Shown here: piece after piece, positions 54,073 through 62,038 of the stretch | How the letters are laid out: each line of letters opens with the position of its first letter | Numbering within the stretch: the first letter of the stretch is position 1 | DNA from: Candidatus Saccharimonadales bacterium | Lineage (GTDB): Bacteria; Patescibacteriota; Saccharimonadia; Saccharimonadales; UBA4665 | DNA: 64,000 nucleotides | NCBI GenBank assembly: GCA_038237095.1 | Contig: JBBRZB010000001.1 | Coordinates: forward strand, 38,019 to 102,018 | Direction of reading: 5' to 3' | Made by a program: the position numbers and the translations under genes | The notes under the pieces: model-generated | The model's database searches: none | What the model saw: the letters and a program-made list of their open reading frames with translations, nothing else | What the model was told of the DNA's origin: nothing

Positions 54073-55278
54073 TTATTGGCCATTCCCAAGTAGCTTCGGA
54101 TCGTTCGCAAAGAGATTGTAATGGTCTTGTTCCGTCTGATCCAGCACATGGGTCGTGGTTACGTATAACGTTTGCGTATCATGCGTGCCTTGGGCGTCAA
54201 AGCCAGTGTATAGCTTAATCCTAGGATATGTATTGGCATCAAGAGCTGCTTTGGCATCATCATAAAACTGGTAGGTATGTGCTTGGTCGGCGGTAAGAGT
54301 TTTGCCGTGACCAATACCAAACTCACCGAGGCCCCAGATCTTAGACGTATAATCATGTGACGCATCGGTATTAGCGCTCAACCAATTGTAATAATGGCTG
54401 ACAGTTGAGTTCCACGTGACGCTATTTGCACCGGAATACGGGTCCCACATGATCCAATCAACGTAGCTATTTCCTGGCCAGAGGTCTTTGGCCATACAAT
54501 CAAAGCTACTAAATCCTTCCACGTCAAATACCCAGACGACATTCGTTACACCATCGGCTGCGAAGCGATCATGTACGTGATGCCACATGCCAATGTAGTC
54601 TTGCACAGTTCCCGTGCCGCCAACGTAGACGGAGCTTGCGCAGTTAGGCGCACCACCAGTTACGTCGTTTTCTGGCTCATGCCAAATGGTTAGCAATATT
54701 TTGTGAGGAGCGACAGCTTTAATGCTGTTTGCCATGCTGTCTATGGCGGCGTTAACTGTCGCGTCTGTAGTATCGGCCGCCGCTGCCCAACTTCCACTTG
54801 GCTTCCAGTTTTCAAACACAATAGTATTAGCGCGATTTATCATATATACATCGTCACTACTTAACGAGTTGCTACCGACTGGGTGATAGTTGTGCGGGAC
54901 ATCTAGTTTGCGGCCCAATCGTGACTCATCATCCAAAATGCTTGCCTTAAAGCCGCTTATCCCAGGGTAGGCGTTAACGTATGACCCTAACCACGCTCGG
55001 CAAGAATTTTCTAACTTATCAGAAATAGTACACGTCGTACCAGTGCTAGCTGCACCAAACTTTATAGCGCCGTTTGCTGAAGCTGATGTATCGGTAACTT
55101 TTGTGGCAGGTAAGGCAAGCGTACCATTTTCCAACTCAACGGCTGCGGTCGGCGTGGCCGCGTGAGAAACGATGAGCCAAAATACTCCAACAACCACGAA
55201 CGTTACAACAAACAGAACCAAGACTTTTGATTGCTGCAGTTTTACTAGTATTTTTTGGCGCTTAAGGGTTTGCATCAT
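54073..55278 (-). CDS. membrane-anchored glycoside hydrolase, GH26-like paralog
   Basis: Same motif set as its neighbour: ILLTIWHEPEND, NVVWVFDV, WPGNSYVDWIMWDPY and WGLGEFG. Start placed at MMQTLKRQK. Confidence 0.65.
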   Translation of the reverse strand: MMQTLKRQKILVKLQQSKVLVLFVVTFVVVGVFWLIVSHAATPTAAVELENGTLALPATKVTDTSASANGAIKFGAASTGTTCTISDKLENSCRAWLGSYVNAYPGISGFKASILDDESRLGRKLDVPHNYHPVGSNSLSSDDVYMINRANTIVFENWKPSGSWAAAADTTDATVNAAIDSMANSIKAVAPHKILLTIWHEPENDVTGGAPNCASSVYVGGTGTVQDYIGMWHHVHDRFAADGVTNVVWVFDVEGFSSFDCMAKDLWPGNSYVDWIMWDPYSGANSVTWNSTVSHYYNWLSANTDASHDYTSKIWGLGEFGIGHGKTLTADQAHTYQFYDDAKAALDANTYPRIKLYTGFDAQGTHDTQTLYVTTTHVLDQTEQDHYNLFANDPKLLGNGQ

Positions 55279-55467
55279 CTCGATTGCTCCACTCGTACAC
55301 AATCCTTTATATAAGATTAGCATAAGTGTAATAATCGGGCGAGTTGGCGTAAAAATTCTGGCGTACAGCGGCCATAACTTTTGCCAGGTTAAGTCTGGCT
55401 CAATAATGCCGCGTTCAAGAGGCCTTACTTATGAAAAAGAGCCACCAATTAGGTGACTCATTCTCAT

Positions 55468-55543
55468 TGGCGGGCTCGACCGGACTTGAACCGGCGATCT
55501 CCTCCGTGACAGGGAGGCGTGATAACCACTTCACTACGAGCCC
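55468..55543 (-). tRNA. tRNA-Asp(GUC)
   Basis: Reverse complement GGGCTCGTAGTGAAGTGGTTATCACGCCTCCCTGTCACGGAGGAGATCGCCGGTTCAAGTCCGGTCGAGCCCGCCA. Full cloverleaf with CCA encoded. Confidence 0.92.
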
Positions 55544-55605
55544 GTATTTGGTGGCTGTATCAAAATACAGGGGTAATCATACCAATTTTATATCTTTAAA
55601 GCAAC

Positions 55606-55680
55606 TGGTGCGGGTGGCGGGAGTCGAACCCGCGTCTCAGCCTTGGGAAGGCTACATAATAGCCGTTATACGACACCCGC
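55606..55680 (-). tRNA. tRNA-Gly(CCC)
   Basis: Reverse complement GCGGGTG...GCCTTCCCAAGGC...GGGTTCGACTCCCGCCACCCGCACCA. Confidence 0.9.
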
Positions 55681-55695
55681 GAAACGACGACTGTT

Positions 55696-55772
55696 TGGAG
55701 CCACCTCCGGGATTCGAACCCGGGACCCCCGCTTTACGAAAGCGGTGCTCTAGCCAACTGAGCTAAGGTGGC
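55696..55772 (-). tRNA. tRNA-Thr(CGU)
   Basis: Reverse complement GCCACCTTAGCTCAGTTGGCTAGAGCACCGCTTTCGTAAAGCGG...GGGTTCGAATCCCGGAGGTGGCTCCA. Discriminator is U. Confidence 0.92.
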
Positions 55773-55847
55773 ATGCTCATCAAAATACCGAAGTATTATA
55801 TCAAACTAAGTTCAATCTAGAGATTAGCCCCACTTCTCAGGCTGTTG

Positions 55848-56225
55848 ATGGTACAATTAATCAGTTATATGGCTACCTCGCGCAAATATTTTCACGATCA
55901 TCTAGTGCTCCTATTGTTGAGTATCAACGTCTTTTTGGCGGTGGTTGGTTCGCTGTACTTCCTGATTCGCCTCAGTACCAGTCATGGTACCAGTTATATT
56001 GTTCAATATCGCTCAGCGTTCGTTGTTAACAAGTTCACGCCCGGCACATTACTCGATTTATTGGCTTTTGTAGCGTTCGCCGCTTTGGTCTTATTGGTAC
56101 ACAGTGTTTTGAGCTATCGAGCCTATCACATCCATCGCCAGCTCACGATTACGATTTTATCTCTAGGCATCCTACTTTTAGTACTCACAAGTATTGTCAG
56201 CAACGCCTTATTAGTACTGCGCTAA
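55848..56225 (+). CDS. small multi-TM membrane protein coupled to the GT2 gene
   Basis: About 125 aa with three hydrophobic helices. The stop lies 1 nt before the GT2 start. Confidence 0.5.
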   Translation: MVQLISYMATSRKYFHDHLVLLLLSINVFLAVVGSLYFLIRLSTSHGTSYIVQYRSAFVVNKFTPGTLLDLLAFVAFAALVLLVHSVLSYRAYHIHRQLTITILSLGILLLVLTSIVSNALLVLR

Positions 56226-56226
56226 T

Positions 56227-57858
56227 ATGACAGATATAGAGATCCCCTACGAAAAGGACCGCAAAGGCTTTTATCGTTTTTTTGAGATTTTACCTGGCTC
56301 CTTAAGCTGGTTAATGCTGTTTATGCCCCTCATCTTGAGCTTTATCAACACGTGGTTAGCGGTCGCATTTATTCTTGGCTATCTTTTAATTTACTTCACG
56401 CGGAGCGTAGCAGTCGATATTAGAGCGTTGGCGGGCTATAAGACAATGAAGCATCACATGCGGCTCAACTGGCCGCTACTGGTTGCCGACATTGACGCGG
56501 GCAAGGTCACGGCTGAAGTGGGTGAGCGTCCCGAATGGCACCATGCAAACTTGCGCCGTCTGCACCACCGTACGGTGATTACCCAACCAAAAGACCTAGT
56601 TCATGCCGTAATTATTGCCACTGTGAACGAGTCAAGGGAAGTGCTCGAGCCAACAATCCAATCTGTTATTAACGCTGATTACGATTCTAAGCGAATGATC
56701 CTGGTCATCGCCTACGAAGGCCGAGCCGGTGAGAAATCAGAGCAGCGCGTACATGAGTTGCTTAAGCTCTATGGACATCATTTTAAACACTCCATGGCCG
56801 TTAAGCACCCGGCAAATATTCCTGGTGAAGTGATAGGTAAGGGCGGCAATGTGACCTGTGCTGGCCGTGAGTTACAGAAATATATCGAGTCGGAGCAACT
56901 TGATCCGAAACATGTACTTGTAACTACGCTTGATGCAGATAATCGACCTGACCACCGTTATTTCGCAGCGTTGAGTTACTTATTCTGCGTAGTCCCCAAT
57001 CCGATTAAAGCCTCGTTCCAGCCGCTCCCAATGTTTACGAACAATATATGGGACGCGCCCGCTCCAATGCGCGTGATTGCCACTGGTAATAACTTCTTCT
57101 ACATCGTGTTGACGCAGCGCCCCCACCTAGAGCGTAACTTCTCAGCCCACGCCCAAAGCCTAGAAGCTCTCATCCACATGGATTTCTGGAGCGTACGCAC
57201 TATTGTGGAAGATGGTCACCACTTCTGGCGCAGCTACTTCGCCTACGACGGTGATTATCGCGTATATCCGTTGAGCATCCCGATCTATCAGGATGCGGTA
57301 CTAGCTAAGGGCTATGTCAAAACGCTCAAAGCCCAGTTTATACAGTTACGACGCTGGACCTACGGTGCTTCTGATATCGCTTATATTGCCAACCAAGGGT
57401 TCAAACGGCCAACCAAAGCACCGAAGTTAGACGTGTTAGCCAAACTGTTACGTACACTCGAAGGACATGTTAGCTGGGCAGTTGGCGCGCCACTCATTAC
57501 CTTTGCTGCCTTTTTGCCGGCACTTATTCACCCACAAAGTTATGCAGCCAATGAATTGCCCCTAATTGTGAGTCGAATCCAGCGGATTGGCTTGGTTGGA
57601 CTGCTAGCGTCGCTGTATGTGAGTATGCGTACCTTGCCGCCACGCCCAGCCCGTTACAAACGCCATCGCTCAGTTTTCATGTGGTTGCAGTGGATTTATC
57701 TCCCAGTGACAACAATCGCCTATGGTTCAACCGCGGCATTCTATTCTCAAACTAGATTGATGCTTGGAAAATACATCAGCAAGTTCGATGTGACCGAAAA
57801 AGCGACAGTCAACGAACAGGGTCAGACAATTACTTCTGAAGCGGACCCCGACAACTAG
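56227..57858 (+). CDS. family-2 glycosyltransferase, processive synthase type
   Basis: Motifs IIATVNES, TTLDADN and QLRRWTYGASD (the D,D,D,QxxRW signature), with flanking TM helices. Confidence 0.8.
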   Translation: MTDIEIPYEKDRKGFYRFFEILPGSLSWLMLFMPLILSFINTWLAVAFILGYLLIYFTRSVAVDIRALAGYKTMKHHMRLNWPLLVADIDAGKVTAEVGERPEWHHANLRRLHHRTVITQPKDLVHAVIIATVNESREVLEPTIQSVINADYDSKRMILVIAYEGRAGEKSEQRVHELLKLYGHHFKHSMAVKHPANIPGEVIGKGGNVTCAGRELQKYIESEQLDPKHVLVTTLDADNRPDHRYFAALSYLFCVVPNPIKASFQPLPMFTNNIWDAPAPMRVIATGNNFFYIVLTQRPHLERNFSAHAQSLEALIHMDFWSVRTIVEDGHHFWRSYFAYDGDYRVYPLSIPIYQDAVLAKGYVKTLKAQFIQLRRWTYGASDIAYIANQGFKRPTKAPKLDVLAKLLRTLEGHVSWAVGAPLITFAAFLPALIHPQSYAANELPLIVSRIQRIGLVGLLASLYVSMRTLPPRPARYKRHRSVFMWLQWIYLPVTTIAYGSTAAFYSQTRLMLGKYISKFDVTEKATVNEQGQTITSEADPDN

Positions 57859-57865
57859 ACAGAGT

Positions 57866-58273
57866 TCAGGAACTCGTATGGAATGCCTGATAATGGACGC
57901 TGGCAGGTTTATCAAACCGATTTAAGGCTACTGTAACAGTGGTAGTGATAGCACCGCTCGCCACTGAACCTTGGGTGATTGAACTAGATAACTTGCGAAT
58001 GACCGTGTCGGCTAAGTCGCCAGCCGCTACCAAAGCGTCAGAGCGGTGCTCTAGGCTCTTATACAGGCTGAGAAGTAGTTTATCGCGCATAAACGGCTGC
58101 GGACGCCCAGAAGCGCCTCTAACGGTCCAAGTCGCCGCGTAGTCCACGGCCTCATTGGTTGTAAAGAGAGCGTGACAGCTCAAACACTCTCGACGGCGCC
58201 AGACTTGATTGCTTCGGCGTTGCAAGCGGGAGTTCGTAACATGCGTTTTTTGACCACAATAGACACAAACCAT
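57866..58273 (-). CDS. nrdR: transcriptional repressor NrdR
   Basis: Zinc ribbon MVCVYCGQKTHVTNSR...RRRECLSCHALFTTNE followed by an ATP-cone-like region. Confidence 0.9.
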   Translation of the reverse strand: MVCVYCGQKTHVTNSRLQRRSNQVWRRRECLSCHALFTTNEAVDYAATWTVRGASGRPQPFMRDKLLLSLYKSLEHRSDALVAAGDLADTVIRKLSSSITQGSVASGAITTTVTVALNRFDKPASVHYQAFHTSS

Positions 58274-58342
58274 GACAACATATTGTCATAACGCTAATAA
58301 AAATGCTAGTGTAAAACTTTGTAAAATACGGGGAAAACCCCA

Positions 58343-58370
58343 TAAAAAATAGGCCATTTCGGCCTAAAAA
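58343..58370 (-). terminator. intrinsic terminator (minus strand) upstream of nrdR
   Basis: On the minus strand: TAGGCC-gaaat-GGCCTA followed by TTTTTTAT. Confidence 0.65.
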
Positions 58371-58710
58371 GTGTAGGTAAGTTGCTTTGAAGTACAGCTA
58401 CATGGGTAGCTAGAGGGACTACAGTGGGCCTACCGAACTCCTACTTTGCAGTAGAACTGGTTGGTCGTAGTCGGCGAATGCGATTATTTACAGGTTTTAC
58501 GGAGATCAATTCTTCGTAAAACAACTGAAAAGCGTCTAAAGCGCTTGCCTTATTAATACCAAAACACCTCGTTAACCGAACCATGTTAGCAAATATATGG
58601 ATGCTGGTCAAGGTCAGGGGGTGCAACGAGACGGCTATTAACAGAGGTCAAAAGCAATATTTCACGACATGCTACTTCAGCTGCTAAAATGCCAAGCTAC
58701 ATAGTGTAAT

Positions 58711-58740
58711 CAAACAAAAACCCCTCGCTAAGAGGGGTTT
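58711..58740 (-). terminator. intrinsic terminator after tRNA-Val
   Basis: On the minus strand: AAACCCCTC-ttagc-GAGGGGTTT followed by TTGTTTG. Confidence 0.75.
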
Positions 58741-58745
58741 TAGCA

Positions 58746-58822
58746 TGGTGGGCGATAAAGGATTCGAACCTTTCACCTCCACAACGTCAATGTGGCGCTC
58801 TAGCCAAATGAGCTAATCGCCC
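58746..58822 (-). tRNA. tRNA-Val(GAC)
   Basis: Reverse complement GGGCGATTAGCTCATTTGGCTAGAGCGCCACATTGACGTTGTGG...AGGTTCGAATCCTTTATCGCCCACCA. Confidence 0.92.
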
Positions 58823-59051
58823 ATGCTACTGAAGAGATTATACCGGTAGTGCACTAATATTTGAAGTATTGATCCAAAAATCTTTTCTAACGTCAGGAAG
58901 GGTATAATCCCAAAACAGTTATCCCCAATGTGGATTGTATGATTTACAGCATATAAAGGCTAGCCTTATAGTACTAACCCTGCTATATTAGGTTGAGGTG
59001 AAGTTTTGTCGAGAATGTTTTATCCCGCTGGGAAGCGGATGAAACCATATT

Positions 59052-59091
59052 AGAGTCGAATGTCATTGCGAGATCATTCGACTCTTTTTTT
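59052..59091 (+). terminator. orphan intrinsic terminator (no upstream ORF)
   Basis: AGAGTCGAATG-tcattgcgagat-CATTCGACTCT, a perfect 11-bp stem followed by TTTTTTT. Confidence 0.75.
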
Positions 59092-59283
59092 GATCTTGAG
59101 GTGTGCGGGTATGTCCGCTCGTCACATTTACGGTGTAAATCTCCGTGCTTGGTTCATTCGTTCCACTGGTACGAATGCATTCATTACTCGGTTTTCGTAC
59201 GTAACTGCAGTTAAGCAGGCAAATCCTTATCTGTTATAGCTAATGATAGTACGTAAGTGTATTTTGCGACGCAGTGTTTTGGG

Positions 59284-59464
59284 AGCTAGCAGACCTGCTG
59301 TATACTACTAAGTAAGCAGTGAAGTGGCCCAACCAACCGCTGAGCTTCGTCGGCGTGGCAACGACAGACGTAAAAGGAAGTTGCAAGAGTCAATGTCGAG
59401 GTGGAACCTCCTGGATAGCAGGACCGAGACACGCAAGCTAGATTACATGCTTGGGTGTCTTTTT
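59284..59464 (+). promoter_or_regulatory. candidate T-box-like attenuator of thrS
   Basis: Stem with an internal loop carrying ACC-A-ACC-G (59332-59339). GAGGUGGAACCUCC (59398-59411) resembles the T-box GGUGGNACC core. Terminator GACACGCAAGC/GCTTGGGTGTC plus TTTTT (59428-59464) lies just 5' of the SD. Confidence 0.45.
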
Positions 59465-59481
59465 ATATTTAAGGAGCAAAG

Positions 59482-61332
59482 ATGGCAGACCAAAACGACC
59501 AATTACACGCAATGCGACACAGTTTGGCGCATATCACAGCGACTGCTATCCAACACTTGTGGCCCGAGACCAAGTTTGGCGTAGGGCCAGTGGTCGAGAA
59601 TGGCTTTTATTATGATGTCGATTTAGGCGAAACCAAGCTCTCAGAAGATGACTTTACCAAGATTGAAACTGAGATGCAGAAGATTATCGCAAGTGATCTG
59701 CCATTTGAGCGCTTCGAAAAGCCGATTGATGAGGCTATCGCGTGGGCGCAGGAAGCTAAGCAGCCGTACAAAGAAGAGCTTTTAAACGACTTAAAGCGCG
59801 CCGGCACCACTGTTGCTAACGATTTGAACGCTGATGAACTGGGTACCATTGCCGACGGTGACGCCCAGGTCGAGAACGTATCCTTCTATAAAGACGGTGA
59901 CTTTACGGATTTGTGCCGTGGCCCGCATGTGGTATCCACGGGCAAAGTTGGCGCATTCAAATTACAGCGTGTATCAGGCGCATACTGGCGGGGCAAGATT
60001 GAGAACGCCCAGATGCAGCGCATTTACGGCTTAGCTTTCGCGTCACCCAAGGAGTTACGAGTGCATTTGGACATGCTCGAAGAGGCCAAAAAGCGTGATC
60101 ACCGTAAACTTGGCCAAGAGCTGGATTTGTTTGTTTTCTCAGATATGGTGGGCTCGGGATTGCCGATGTTTACTCCTCGCGGCACGGTGTTGCGCGATGA
60201 ATTGGCAGCTTTCTCGAATGAACTGCGCCAGCGTTATGACTTCCAAAAGGTCTGGACCCCACATATTACCAAGAAGGATTTGTACGAGGCTAGCGGGCAC
60301 TGGGCTAAATTTGGTGACGAGCTATTCCTAGTTAAGAGTCAGGAAACCAGCGATGAACTAGTCATGAAACCAATGAACTGTCCGCACCACACTCGTATCT
60401 ATGAATCACAACCTCGTAGCTACCGCGATTTACCGGTGCGCTATCTGGAAACGACTACTGATTATAGGGATGAGAAGACCGGTGAGCTGGGCGGCTTAAA
60501 CCGTGTACGCGCGTTGACTCAAGATGATAGCCACGTATTCTGCCGCCACGACCAGATTGAGACCGAGATAAACAATCTGTTAGAGTGCGCCAACGAGCTA
60601 TATGGCACCGTAGACATGAAGTTACGGGTACGTTTGAGCTATCGTGACGATACTGATGCCTACCTTGGTTCGCCTGAATTATGGCAAAGTGCTCAAGAAC
60701 AGCTGAAGAATGCCGTGATTGCCAACAACCTCGACTACTTTGAGCAAACTGGTGAAGCTGCCTTCTATGGCCCGAAGATCGACTTCATGGCAACTGACGC
60801 TATTGGCCGCGAGCATCAGGTCGCTACGGTTCAACTAGACTTCGTGCAGCCGGAGCGATTTGGTTTGGAATACGTTGGCGAAGACGGCGGCAAGCAGCAG
60901 CCAGTCATGATCCACTGCGCGCTACTTGGTTCTATCGAACGCTTCCTGAGCGTGTATATTGAGCACACTGCCGGCAAGTTCCCGGTGTGGGTCGCGCCGG
61001 AGCAGATTCGTCTCATTAGTGTTAACCAAGAGGACGTAACCGTTAATTTCGCCAACGAGGTACGGGCTAAAGCTAAGAAGCTTGGTTTACGCCTAGAAGT
61101 TGATAATTCTAACGAATCTGTAGGTAAAAAAATCCGTGCGGCAGAGCTATCTAAGGTCCCCTACACTGTTGTTATTGGTGAGAAGGAAATCACGAGCGGG
61201 GAAGTGATACCTCGTATTCGTAAGGATATAGCGGTGCAATCCGAAGATAGGGCAGTGCGCATAGAAGAGTTCCTAAAGACAATTGCGAACGAAGCAAAAT
61301 CGCGTGTGCAAAAGACATCACTACACGGTTAA
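59482..61332 (+). CDS. thrS: threonine--tRNA ligase (apparently without N-terminal TGS domain)
   Basis: Editing-domain motifs MRHSLAH and DLCRGPH. Class II motifs (FRDE-like YRDEKTGELGGLNRVR, GFGLGIERF-like LLGSIERFL). Anticodon-binding C-terminus. Confidence 0.95.
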   Translation: MADQNDQLHAMRHSLAHITATAIQHLWPETKFGVGPVVENGFYYDVDLGETKLSEDDFTKIETEMQKIIASDLPFERFEKPIDEAIAWAQEAKQPYKEELLNDLKRAGTTVANDLNADELGTIADGDAQVENVSFYKDGDFTDLCRGPHVVSTGKVGAFKLQRVSGAYWRGKIENAQMQRIYGLAFASPKELRVHLDMLEEAKKRDHRKLGQELDLFVFSDMVGSGLPMFTPRGTVLRDELAAFSNELRQRYDFQKVWTPHITKKDLYEASGHWAKFGDELFLVKSQETSDELVMKPMNCPHHTRIYESQPRSYRDLPVRYLETTTDYRDEKTGELGGLNRVRALTQDDSHVFCRHDQIETEINNLLECANELYGTVDMKLRVRLSYRDDTDAYLGSPELWQSAQEQLKNAVIANNLDYFEQTGEAAFYGPKIDFMATDAIGREHQVATVQLDFVQPERFGLEYVGEDGGKQQPVMIHCALLGSIERFLSVYIEHTAGKFPVWVAPEQIRLISVNQEDVTVNFANEVRAKAKKLGLRLEVDNSNESVGKKIRAAELSKVPYTVVIGEKEITSGEVIPRIRKDIAVQSEDRAVRIEEFLKTIANEAKSRVQKTSLHG

Positions 61333-61441
61333 GCTCGCATAGCGATAATCTCTGTTTAGCACGTTATCAACGCGTCTACGCTTCCTATGTTTGCCGAGAT
61401 GAGTTCAATATGACAAGCAGAAGGTCTATACTAATTAGCCT

Positions 61442-62038
61442 ATGAACAAACCAGTTATCGCAGTAGACTTTGATGATGTCTTGACACCACACCATGTGGG
61501 ATTACTCGCTTGGTACAACAAGAGCTATGGTACAAAGCTGACCATCGCCAACTATCATGGATTAGAGCCTGGACCTTGGGGAGTACGGACTGACAGCGAA
61601 GCCATACTTCGAGTTCAAAAATACTTTGATTCAACCGAGTTCAAATCAGAACAGCCCTATGACGCTGCTGGAGAAGTGTTGCGTCAACTGGCTGATCGAT
61701 ACTCGCTTATCGTAGTAACTGGCCGTGACCATATGATTGAAGAGGCAACCAAAGAATGGCTTACGGAGCATCACCCAGGCTTATTTGTTTCAATTCACTT
61801 TACCGCACAGTATAACCTTGAAGGAAAAAGTCGCTCAAAGGCTGACTTGGTGCATTCAGAACGGATTGAATATTTGATTGAAGACAGCCTAACGAACCTT
61901 AAAGAGGTAGTTGCTGTCGGCGCCAAGGGAGTGTTATTTGGTGACTATCCGTGGAATCAGACTGATTCTCTGCCTAGTGGAATAGTGCGTTGCAAAGATT
62001 GGCAGGCGGTGCAGGAGTATTTTGATGGAATCGCCTGA
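61442..62038 (+). CDS. HAD-superfamily 5'(3')-deoxyribonucleotidase-like protein
   Basis: Motifs IAVDFDDVL (HAD motif I), VVTGR and IEDS. Confidence 0.65.
   Translation: MNKPVIAVDFDDVLTPHHVGLLAWYNKSYGTKLTIANYHGLEPGPWGVRTDSEAILRVQKYFDSTEFKSEQPYDAAGEVLRQLADRYSLIVVTGRDHMIEEATKEWLTEHHPGLFVSIHFTAQYNLEGKSRSKADLVHSERIEYLIEDSLTNLKEVVAVGAKGVLFGDYPWNQTDSLPSGIVRCKDWQAVQEYFDGIA

Noticed and set aside
55431-55766. 111-aa plus-strand ORF
   Set aside because: It lies antisense across three well-folded tRNA genes (Asp, Gly, Thr). It is an artefact of GC-rich tRNA sequence.
58441-58626. 61-aa minus-strand ORF between tRNA-Val and nrdR
   Set aside because: It has a TTG start with no SD and an unremarkable composition. 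I treat the region as noncoding and structured instead. This would be reversed if the peptide proves conserved.
58590-58650. Possible SRP (4.5S) RNA because of an AGGUCAGG string
   Set aside because: Only that octamer matches. The expected GGAA tetraloop context (GGUCCGGAAGGAAGCAGCC-like) is absent on both strands.
59324-59584. 86-aa plus-strand ORF upstream of and overlapping thrS
   Set aside because: It runs through the terminator hairpin and the thrS SD and start in another frame. It has no SD. The region is better explained as a regulatory leader.
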